Source: Chloroflexota bacterium (GTDB lineage Bacteria > Chloroflexota > Limnocylindria > QHBO01). Taken from it: DNA of 64,000 bases. The position numbers were made by a program, and so were the translations under genes. The notes below the pieces were generated by a model that saw nothing but the letters and a program-made list of their open reading frames with translations, had not been told where the DNA came from and did not search any database. Positions 24,598 to 31,528 of the stretch are shown here, one piece after another. The DNA lies in the NCBI GenBank assembly GCA_040905185.1, contig JBBDRZ010000007.1:408206-472205 (forward strand), in the 5' to 3' direction. Positions within the stretch are counted from its first letter, which is position 1. Each line of letters begins with the position of its first letter.

Positions 24598-25668
24598 TCA
24601 GCGCACGGAGGCGAGCGGCTGCTTTGCCAGGTTGGTGACGCGCCGGTCGATGAGGCGGCTCAGGAGCTGAGGGTCGGCCGCAACCAGGTCGCGCAGGAGG
24701 CGGACCAGCTCAGGGTCGAACTGTCGGCCGGCGTGCCGCTGAAGCTCGGCCACGGCCCACTCGACGCTGCGCGCCGGCTTGTATGGCCGACGACTGGTGA
24801 TGGCGTCGAACGCATCCACGACGCGGACGATCCGAGCCTCGAGCGGGATGCGGTCGCCCTTCAGTCCATCGGGATAACCACTCCCGTCTAGGTTCTCGTG
24901 GTGCCAGCGCGCGATGCGCCGCGCGCTCTCGAAGCCAACGCCCTGGGACAGGATCGCCTCCCCGAAGATCGGGTGCTGGCGCATGAGTGCCCATTCGTCG
25001 TCGGTGAGCGGGCCGGGCTTGAGCAGGAGGGCGTCTGGAATGTGCAGCTTGCCAACGTCATGGAGCATCGCGCTCCAGCCGATGTTCGCCGCATCTTCCG
25101 GGCCGAGGCCGGCGGCGGTCGCCACCTCCTCGGCGAGCAGCTGAACGCGGACGATGTGATCGCCGGTGTCGGAATCCTTGGCCTCCGCTCCCCGGGCCAG
25201 GGCCACCATGCCGTCCCGCTCGCGCTGTGCGATTTCGATGGCAGCGGTCCGCCAGCCGAGGGCCGCCTGTCGGGCGCGGTCAAACAGGACCCCGGTGATC
25301 GTGCCGACGGCCACGAACATCACGGCACGGATGAGCCAGGCATCGACCTGCTCGGTCCCGCCCGGCAGCCTCAGCCAGAAGGCCAGCGGACCGAGCAGCA
25401 CCGACACCGCCAGGCTCACCGGCAACGCCCCGCGCCAGCCGTAGGCGTAGGCCGCGATGAGGATGGGCAGATAGCCCAGGTGGTTCAGCGGGTTTGGCGA
25501 ACCGCCCGTCAAGCGGACCGCGGCGAACGCAACAAGGGCCGTGATAGGGATCAGCGCTCCGGCGGCGAGCGCCTGCCAGCTGGTGCGGGCCCCACGCCCG
25601 AGGCCGGACTTGGCCGACAGGACCTGCGCGAGTTCGCGGGTGGCGGCCCGTCTCCCTTCGAGGGTCAC
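24598..25668 (-). CDS. Membrane-anchored HD-GYP domain phosphodiesterase
   Basis: N-terminal TM helices, then HDVGKLHIPDALLLKPGPLTDDEW..MRQHP..HHENLDGSGYPDGL. GTG start. Confidence 0.85.
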   Translation of the reverse strand: MTLEGRRAATRELAQVLSAKSGLGRGARTSWQALAAGALIPITALVAFAAVRLTGGSPNPLNHLGYLPILIAAYAYGWRGALPVSLAVSVLLGPLAFWLRLPGGTEQVDAWLIRAVMFVAVGTITGVLFDRARQAALGWRTAAIEIAQRERDGMVALARGAEAKDSDTGDHIVRVQLLAEEVATAAGLGPEDAANIGWSAMLHDVGKLHIPDALLLKPGPLTDDEWALMRQHPIFGEAILSQGVGFESARRIARWHHENLDGSGYPDGLKGDRIPLEARIVRVVDAFDAITSRRPYKPARSVEWAVAELQRHAGRQFDPELVRLLRDLVAADPQLLSRLIDRRVTNLAKQPLASVR

Positions 25669-25740
25669 CGGAGCATTGTCGCGCGAGCACCTGTGCTGGC
25701 CTAGCCGCCGTAGGTCCCATGGCTCGGCGGTACCAGCGTC

Positions 25741-26097
25741 CTAGATGCGCTCTTTCACCGCGGTCAGCTCGCCGCCCGCATTGCCGGTGTTGACGGTCCC
25801 GGCAGGCTCGATCAGAAGAACCTCTACCGCGGAGTCGGCACGGGGGCGATGCTCGACTCCCTTCGGCACGACGAACAGCTCGCCGGGGCCGAGCTCAACC
25901 TCGCCGTCCCGCATCTGGATGGCCAGTCGACCCTTGAGGACCAGGAAGAACTCGTCGGTGTCGGCGTGCTCGTGCCACACGAACTCACCCTGCGCCTTGG
26001 CGACCTGGATGTCGTAGTCATTGAGTTTGGCGACGATCTTGGGGCTCCAGAGGTCGTCAAAGAGCGCGAGTTTCTCGTCAAGGTTGACCTTGTTCAT
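25741..26097 (-). CDS. Cupin-domain protein
   Basis: [61 protein letters not shown] lies upstream. Confidence 0.75.
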   Translation of the reverse strand: MNKVNLDEKLALFDDLWSPKIVAKLNDYDIQVAKAQGEFVWHEHADTDEFFLVLKGRLAIQMRDGEVELGPGELFVVPKGVEHRPRADSAVEVLLIEPAGTVNTGNAGGELTAVKERI

Positions 26098-26121
26098 CGG
26101 ACCTCCTCCTCGGTCAACGGT

Positions 26122-26802
26122 TCACAACTGCCAGTACTCGCTCGTGAGGCCCATGGCGGCGAAGTGGTCGAGCAGCTCCTGCTTCGCGGGGCGCGCGTAG
26201 TCGAGGGCCAGCTTGCGGGCGTAGATCGGGATGCTCAGGGCATGGACCTGATCGGGCGTCAGCGATGCGGCGGCTTGGGCCGGGGCACCCAGGTCTGAGG
26301 CGTCGCGATGCTCCGGGGACGCAAAGAACACCATCGTGTTCGAGCAGGTGGTGATGATGTCCTCCCACCATTGGGTGGGGCGCAGGGCGAGGTAGACCAG
26401 CGCGTCGCGGGGCGCGACGTGGGCGGCGCGCCCATCGGTCATCTGGATCTCGATGGGTGCCGCGCAGTGGTGGCAGAACGAGTCGACCCGGACGTCGTCA
26501 CCGAGCATGGCGTGGAAGGCGATGGCGTCCCACGAGCAGTTCGCGAAGTATTGGCGGTCGCGGACGGTGACGCGGAAGGGCGTGGCGACTGCCGAGAACG
26601 GGAAGGCCATCAGGATGCGGGCCGTGCCCTTCACCAGGGCGATGTGGCGGGCCGCTTCCAGCGTGCGCAGCACCTCGGTCGCGTCGTCCCGCGACAGGGA
26701 GAACGCCGTCATCACCTGCTCCACGACCGGCGGGGCTGCATGGTCCACGAACTGATCGAAGATGAACTTGCGCACGCGTTGGGGAAGCAGGTCGTCGCTC
26801 AT
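26122..26802 (-). CDS. Organomercurial-lyase (MerB)-like protein
   Basis: An N-terminal wHTH-like region is followed by FPFSAVATPFRVTV..YFANCSWDAIAFHAMLG..VDSFCHHCAAPI, which resembles the MerB core. Its ATG overlaps (ATGA) the stop of the R9 fragment ORF. Confidence 0.6.
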   Translation of the reverse strand: MSDDLLPQRVRKFIFDQFVDHAAPPVVEQVMTAFSLSRDDATEVLRTLEAARHIALVKGTARILMAFPFSAVATPFRVTVRDRQYFANCSWDAIAFHAMLGDDVRVDSFCHHCAAPIEIQMTDGRAAHVAPRDALVYLALRPTQWWEDIITTCSNTMVFFASPEHRDASDLGAPAQAAASLTPDQVHALSIPIYARKLALDYARPAKQELLDHFAAMGLTSEYWQL

Positions 26803-26924
26803 CGCGAGGCGGCCACGAACGGGGGGTCGAGGTAGATCAGGTCGACGCTGGCGTCGGGCAGGTAGCGGCGCAGGATGTCGAGGTTGTCGCCGTAGAACAG
26901 GACGCTGGTGGCGAGCTCGGTCAT
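26799..26924 (-). pseudogene. R9: methyltransferase N-terminal fragment (41 codons)
   Basis: MTELATSVLFYGDNLDILRRYLPDASVDLIYLDPPFVAASR*. Homology to other copies ends just after DPPF (~26816). Confidence 0.8.
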
Positions 26925-26985
26925 CGGTCCCCCCGCGTGGGCCTGCGGGTTTTGTGGGGAGAGCCTAGCAGCGGGGGCAAGGCAT
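26925..26985 (-). promoter_or_regulatory. Leader E of the repeat family
   Basis: Minus strand reads CTTGCCCCCGCTGCTAGGCTCTCCCCACAAAACCCGCAGGCCCACGCGGGGGGACCGATG. TAGGCT is at plus coordinates 26962-26967. Confidence 0.45.
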
Positions 26986-27021
26986 CGGCTAGTAATCGGG
27001 CGATCAGCGCGCGTGCGGACC

Positions 27022-27294
27022 ATGGGCCGTGTGCCCGAGATCAGCCGGTTCCTCGGTATCGTGATCGCGATGCGTTACCGAGAACATGCTCCTCTTCATT
27101 TCCATGCAGCGTACGGCGGGCGGCGGGCGAGCTTTGCAATCGATCCGATTGTCGTCCTGAAGGGACGCTTGCCCGGTCGCGTGCTGGGACTGGTCGTGGA
27201 ATGGGCCAGCGAGCATCAACCCGAACTCATCGAAAACTGGGGTCTCGCCGCGCGCAAGGAGACCCTCAGGCGGATCTCACCGCTCGAGGAGTAG
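27022..27294 (+). CDS. DUF4160 protein (intact copy)
   Basis: MGRVPEISRFLGIVIAMRYREHAPLHFHAAYGGRRASFAIDPIVVLKGRLPGRVLGLVVEWASEHQPELIENW. Confidence 0.75.
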   Translation: MGRVPEISRFLGIVIAMRYREHAPLHFHAAYGGRRASFAIDPIVVLKGRLPGRVLGLVVEWASEHQPELIENWGLAARKETLRRISPLEE

Positions 27295-27304
27295 GATCGG
27301 ATGA

Positions 27305-27880
27305 ATGACGCTTCAGATCAGCTCCGTTGAGGTGCTACCAGGGTTTCGCGTGAGGCTCCGCCTGTCGGACGGTTCGTACGTCGAGCGGGGCCTCCGCCGC
27401 GTTATCAGTGGAGGTGTCTTTGAACCGCTTCGGCAGGATTACGACCTGTTCCGTCGGGTACGCGTGCGACGAGGAGTCCTGACCTGGCCGGGCGGCGTTG
27501 ATCTCGATCCCGAGACGGTGATCTGGGGAGGCGCCCCGCCCGTTGATAACGTGCGCCCGGCGCCGTGGCTTGACGTGCGCGACCCGATCAGCGATCCGGA
27601 TCCGGACAGCACGATCCGTGCCCGCGTCGCCCAGGTCGAGAACGACTGGCTGGTCGTCACCCTGGAGAGCGGAGAGACCCTCCGCGTTCCGCTCTCCTGG
27701 TTCCCGACGTTGGTGGCGGCGACGCCGGAGCAGCGGCAGCGATCAAGACTCTTCGGTCAGGGCGTCGGGATCCGGTGGGATGAACTTGACGAGGACCTGT
27801 CCGTGGAGGGCCTGGTTCGGTCGGCTGCGTGGGTTGGATTGCAGACCACATCGCCAGGAGATCAGGCGTCTCCGCGTTAG
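27305..27880 (+). CDS. Tandem DUF2442-like protein
   Basis: The N-terminal half is VEVLPGFRVRLRLSDGSYVERGL..LTWPGGVDLDPETVIWGG. The C-terminal half is LVVTLESGETLRVPLSWFPTLVAATPEQRQRSRLFGQGVGIRWDELDEDLSVEGL. Confidence 0.7.
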   Translation: MTLQISSVEVLPGFRVRLRLSDGSYVERGLRRVISGGVFEPLRQDYDLFRRVRVRRGVLTWPGGVDLDPETVIWGGAPPVDNVRPAPWLDVRDPISDPDPDSTIRARVAQVENDWLVVTLESGETLRVPLSWFPTLVAATPEQRQRSRLFGQGVGIRWDELDEDLSVEGLVRSAAWVGLQTTSPGDQASPR

Positions 27881-27930
27881 GCCAACGCCGACTCAGGGAT
27901 CGTCGCGCGTGGGTGAATGAGGGCTGGCCG

Positions 27931-28734
27931 ATGAGCGACCTGGAAGAAGGACTGGCCTGGCAGGTTGGGGTCTGGGATCGCATGTCCCAGGTCTACCGGA
28001 GCGAGATCGATCGCCGGCTGGTACCCGTGGTGGACCAGGTCCTTGCCCGGGCTGGACTCCAGCCGGGCGAGCGGGTACTCGACCTGGGCACCGGGACGGG
28101 GGCCGTGGCCGAGAAGGCGGCCCTCGCGGTGGGGGCTGATGGGCACGTCCTCGCCGTCGATCCCAGCCCCGAGATGCTCGCGCTGGCCGGGCGACGGGCG
28201 GACCAGGCATCGGTCAGGTTCCAGCTGGTGGAAGGGTCGGGGGAGAGCATTCCCGCCGCCGACGGGTCCTTCGACGTGATCCTCGCTTCGCTGTCGTTGA
28301 TGTTCGTCATCGACCGAGGCGCCGCTGCGCGGGAGATGGCGCGCGTCCTGCGGTCAGGCGGTCGCCTGGTTGCTTCGGTGTGGGCGGGGCCCGAGCGTTG
28401 CGATCTCGTCCTCTTCCAGCGAACCGTCAGCCAGTTCGCCCCTCGGCCCCCGGTTCAGGGCGTTGGTCCCGGCGCGCTGGCCGATCCGCAGCCATTCCTC
28501 GAGGAGCTGGCACGGGTCGACATTTCGGCACGCGTGGAAACCGAGATGACCGGGTTCGACTTCCCGAATCTGAACTTCGCGTGGGACGTGCTCGCCGGGG
28601 TGACCGCGGCATCGCTGACCCCGGAGCGTCAGCGCGAAGCCCAGCAGGCGATCCAGGACACGATGTGGCCGGACCCCAGCCAGGCCCGGCATTTCGACAA
28701 CCTGACCCAGTTCATCATCGGGGTCCGCGCCTGA
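27931..28734 (+). CDS. Class I SAM-dependent methyltransferase
   Basis: ERVLDLGTGTGAVA (motif I) and FDVILASLSLMF. Start taken at the ATG at 27931. Confidence 0.8.
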   Translation: MSDLEEGLAWQVGVWDRMSQVYRSEIDRRLVPVVDQVLARAGLQPGERVLDLGTGTGAVAEKAALAVGADGHVLAVDPSPEMLALAGRRADQASVRFQLVEGSGESIPAADGSFDVILASLSLMFVIDRGAAAREMARVLRSGGRLVASVWAGPERCDLVLFQRTVSQFAPRPPVQGVGPGALADPQPFLEELARVDISARVETEMTGFDFPNLNFAWDVLAGVTAASLTPERQREAQQAIQDTMWPDPSQARHFDNLTQFIIGVRA

Positions 28735-28794
28735 GGTTTCGACGCCACAGCGAGGGCGGTAGCATCGGGGGGTTCGTTTCTTCCGGCTTAGGAG

Positions 28795-29844
28795 ATGCCC
28801 ATGCGATACGGAGTCGTCGCCGAGAATCCATTGGAATGGGCGCTCCTCGCGTCGGGCATTGCACCCACGCCGCTCATCGACGGCTGGGCGCCAGCCTTCG
28901 GCCGCGCCCTGGCGGCGGCCACTGACCTGGGGATCTTCGAGGCGTTGAAGGACGGTCCACGACAGGCTGGTGCGGTGGCCGCAGCCTGCAGGACGAGCCC
29001 CCGGCCCACTGAGAAGCTGATGAACCTCCTGGTAGCGCAGCGCTACCTCTCCGAACGGGGTGGCGAGTACGCCCTGCGGCCCATCGCCCGCCGCTGGCTG
29101 CTTGCCGATGCGCCCGGATCGGTCAAGGACATGATCGGCATGAAGGCCCTGGAATGGCGCTGGATCGAGCAGTTCGACGAATTCGTGCGAACCGGTCGCC
29201 CCCTCGACGTCCACGGCGCCATGAGCCCGCACGACTGGGAGCTCTACCAACGCGGGATGCGGGCCCAGGCGAGTCAGATCGCCGGTGAGGTGGCCCGCCG
29301 CACGCCAATCCCGGCGGGCGCGACGGAGATGCTCGACATCGGCGGTTCGCACGGGTATTTCTCGGTGGCGTTCTGCCGTCGGTACCCACGCCTGCGGGCC
29401 ACCGTGTTCGATCTGCCGGCAGCGGTGGAGCACGCTGCCCCGATTCTGGCCAGGGAGGGCATGGGGGATCGGGTGGTGCACCAGGCCGGCGACGCCTTGA
29501 CCGATGACCTGGGTGAGGCCCGTTACGACCTCATCTTCATGATGAGCCTCGTTCATCACTTCGACGATGCGACGAACCGCCGGCTGGTCCAGCGAGCTGT
29601 CCGGGCGCTTCGTCCTGGGGGCATCCTCGCCATCGGAGAAGCCATTCGGCCCCCATCACCCGCAAAGGCGCAGCTGATCGACGCCTTCTTTGATTTCTAC
29701 TTCGCGGTGATCAGCAAGTCGGGGACGTGGACCTTCGAAGAGATGGGCGATTGGCTCCGCGACGCCGGGCTCAGCCTGCGGAAGCCGATTCGCCTCCGAT
29801 TCGCGCGGAATGTGGGACTGGTGGCCGGCGACCGACCTGACTGA
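28795..29844 (+). CDS. O-methyltransferase (family 2 type, with N-terminal dimerisation/wHTH region)
   Basis: LGIFEALKDGP.., MLDIGGSHGYFSVAFCRRYPRLRATVFDLP, DLIFMMSLVHHF. The stop abuts repeat R10. Confidence 0.8.
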   Translation: MPMRYGVVAENPLEWALLASGIAPTPLIDGWAPAFGRALAAATDLGIFEALKDGPRQAGAVAAACRTSPRPTEKLMNLLVAQRYLSERGGEYALRPIARRWLLADAPGSVKDMIGMKALEWRWIEQFDEFVRTGRPLDVHGAMSPHDWELYQRGMRAQASQIAGEVARRTPIPAGATEMLDIGGSHGYFSVAFCRRYPRLRATVFDLPAAVEHAAPILAREGMGDRVVHQAGDALTDDLGEARYDLIFMMSLVHHFDDATNRRLVQRAVRALRPGGILAIGEAIRPPSPAKAQLIDAFFDFYFAVISKSGTWTFEEMGDWLRDAGLSLRKPIRLRFARNVGLVAGDRPD

Positions 29845-30020
29845 AGGCGAGGAGCTGGGCATCGGTCGGGTTGCCGGACTCGTCTTTGAAGATGAGGTTG
29901 GAGTCGAGGTTCGAGTTGAATGGCGGGTCGAGGTAGATCAGGTCGACGCTGGCGTCGGGCAGGTAGCGGCGCAGGATGTCGAGGTTGTCGCCGTAGTAGA
30001 GCGGTGGCAAGCTCGCCGAG
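29843..30020 (-). pseudogene. R10: internal methyltransferase fragment lacking a start codon
   Basis: It encodes ..YYGDNLDILRRYLPDASVDLIYLDPPFNSNLDSNLIFKDESGNPTDAQLLAF... The 5' end is degenerate (ggtggcaagctcgccgag in place of ggtggcgagctcggtcat). Confidence 0.75.
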
Positions 30021-30132
30021 CACGTCCACGGCATATGAAAAAGCGCAGCCCCGAGGTTGAGGACACGTTTGCATTCGTGCTCGACCTATCCCCGACGGCC
30101 TCGAGGAAATGCGCGACTCGGGTCGCCGCGCG

Positions 30133-30528
30133 CTAGGTGGTAACGAGAGCCTTCGGTTTTGAGACGCGCCACTGCAGGAACGCGATGAAGAATGGAATGA
30201 GCAACTCGAGCACCGTCATCGCGACAAAGAACGTATTGGGCCAACCGACCATGGCAACTGAAACGAGGCGCGCCAGCCCGCCGACAAGAAACGTGAGGGC
30301 CAGGAAATACACAACCATGCTCTTCCGTTCGATGTCCCTGATGCACCACAGAAGGGCCACCCCGTAGGCCGCGAATAACGTGGCATAGAAGCGATCTTCA
30401 CTGTCCATCGTGGCATTAACAGGAATCGACCCCGGTATTGCCGCGGGGCCAAGGACAATATGCAGCGCCGCGATGGAGATGGCCGATACGCCGAACAAGG
30501 CGAGGAACACTTGAAGGGTCAGTTTCAT
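30133..30528 (-). CDS. DUF4345-like small membrane protein
   Basis: 131 aa with four hydrophobic helices (MKLTLQVFLALFGVSAISIAALHIVLGP..). SD AAGGAG lies 6 nt upstream. It looks clearly AT-richer: one 60-nt line (30181-30240) counts 31 G+C. Confidence 0.6.
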   Translation of the reverse strand: MKLTLQVFLALFGVSAISIAALHIVLGPAAIPGSIPVNATMDSEDRFYATLFAAYGVALLWCIRDIERKSMVVYFLALTFLVGGLARLVSVAMVGWPNTFFVAMTVLELLIPFFIAFLQWRVSKPKALVTT

Positions 30529-30584
30529 TACCGCTCCTTGCTGAATGCCTAGCCGAACAACTCCTTCCGTTCCGTGCCCTGCTT

Positions 30585-30620
30585 GTTGAGGACGCTGGTG
30601 GCGAGCTTGGTCATCGGTCT
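30585..30620 (-). repeat. R11: start-proximal fragment of the methyltransferase module
   Basis: gttgaggacgctggtggcgagcttggtcatcggtct aligns with R2's gtagaggacgctggtggcgagctcggtcat. It opens a 21-codon ORF (30549-30614, MTKLATSVLNKQ..) that ends 20 nt before the DUF4345 gene. Confidence 0.55.
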
Positions 30621-30812
30621 ACCGGAACCACTATTATCCGCTAGCGCGACCGACCGGAGGCGGGCCTGGGCGATGCTGCTCCGGAACGCCCATCTCGCGA
30701 TACCAATCCCGCGCAAGCAATACCTCCGAGGAAAGGTCGGCCACGACCGCTTCCGGAATCAGGATCGGGTCCCAGCCGGCGAGGAACCGGATCGGTCACG
30801 AGGCGACGTGAA

Positions 30813-31280
30813 TCATGTGTCTCGTGGTTCGAGGCTGACGACCTGCGTTTGTCGTGACCGCCTGGCGGCCAATGCATCGAGACCCTTGTCGTAGGCGGCC
30901 CACGTGGCCCACAGCCGAGAACGCTCGTCGCCCACCGCGGCTCGTACATGGACGGGGCGCGACCCATCGGTCAGGTCGACGGTGGCGTCGGGATGAGCCT
31001 GCACGTTGAGCCACCAGGCAGGCTCGGGATCGGCCCAGCCGTTCATGGCCATCGTGACCAGGTTGGGGCCGTCCTCGTAGTAGCCGTGGATGGCCACCCG
31101 CTCCGCGCCCGTGCGGCGCCCGACCGTCCGGAGTCGCATCAGGCCGTAGCTGTCGGCCGTCGGGCTTCGCAGGCCGAATCTACCGCCCGTGACGGAATAG
31201 ATGGCTCGGTGGACCACCCAGGCGGCGCGGATGAACCAGCGTGGAGGAAGTCGCGGGGCACGCTCGGGTCCTTCAGACAT
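30813..31280 (-). CDS. Deazaflavin (F420)-dependent nitroreductase family (DDN/DUF385-like)
   Basis: LMRLRTVGRRTGAERVAIHGYYEDGPNLVTMAMNGWADPEPAWWLNVQAHPDATVDL. Confidence 0.8.
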   Translation of the reverse strand: MSEGPERAPRLPPRWFIRAAWVVHRAIYSVTGGRFGLRSPTADSYGLMRLRTVGRRTGAERVAIHGYYEDGPNLVTMAMNGWADPEPAWWLNVQAHPDATVDLTDGSRPVHVRAAVGDERSRLWATWAAYDKGLDALAARRSRQTQVVSLEPRDT

Positions 31281-31337
31281 GTGGCCTACCTCGTTTCGGC
31301 ATCGACTGAGCCGGCAGAGGTGCGGCGGCGAGAGCGC

Positions 31338-31430
31338 CTACGTCTTCTTAGTCCCGGACTTGGCGGTGTCCTTCTTATCCTTCTTCTTCTTCGTGGCCTT
31401 GCTCTTTGAGCCAGGTCCCTTGTCGCCCAT
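31338..31430 (-). CDS. Small lysine-rich protein (30 aa), not in the ORF track
   Basis: MGDKGPGSKSKATKKKKDKKDTAKSGTKKT*. SD GAGGAG lies 7 nt upstream of the ATG. Read manually from the reverse complement. Confidence 0.45.
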   Translation of the reverse strand: MGDKGPGSKSKATKKKKDKKDTAKSGTKKT

Positions 31431-31528
31431 GTCAGTCTCCTCGCGTTTGGACTGTCGACACTGCGCGTCGGCTCATCGGTATCGTGCGCCGCGGGGTCAA
31501 GCCCGGGGATCGCATGATGGAGATCGAT

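Noticed and set aside
28354-29559. 401-aa minus-strand ORF across the two methyltransferase genes. Similar long antisense ORFs lie at 46096-47523, 53680-54657, 59012-60097, 61693-62727 and 63390-63998.
   Set aside because: All lie opposite genes with clear family motifs, and their own translations are compositionally biased with no motifs.
7425-30620. Whether the methyltransferase-derived repeats could be a CRISPR array or a diversity-generating retroelement (TR/VR)
   Set aside because: The units are 40-330 nt, protein-coding, and irregularly spaced by 0.4-6 kb of genes, so this is not a CRISPR array. No reverse transcriptase is present, and mismatches between copies are not confined to adenine positions, so it is not DGR-like.
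30625-30812. Stop-to-stop reading frame ..RFLAGWDPILIPEAVVADLSSEVLLARDWYREMGVPEQH.. on the minus strand, and an inverted match to the leader's CCCGCTAGCGCCC block at ~30648-30665
   Set aside because: The frame has no start codon and no recognisable family. The CGCTAGCG core is itself palindromic, so the orientation and significance of the match cannot be judged by eye.
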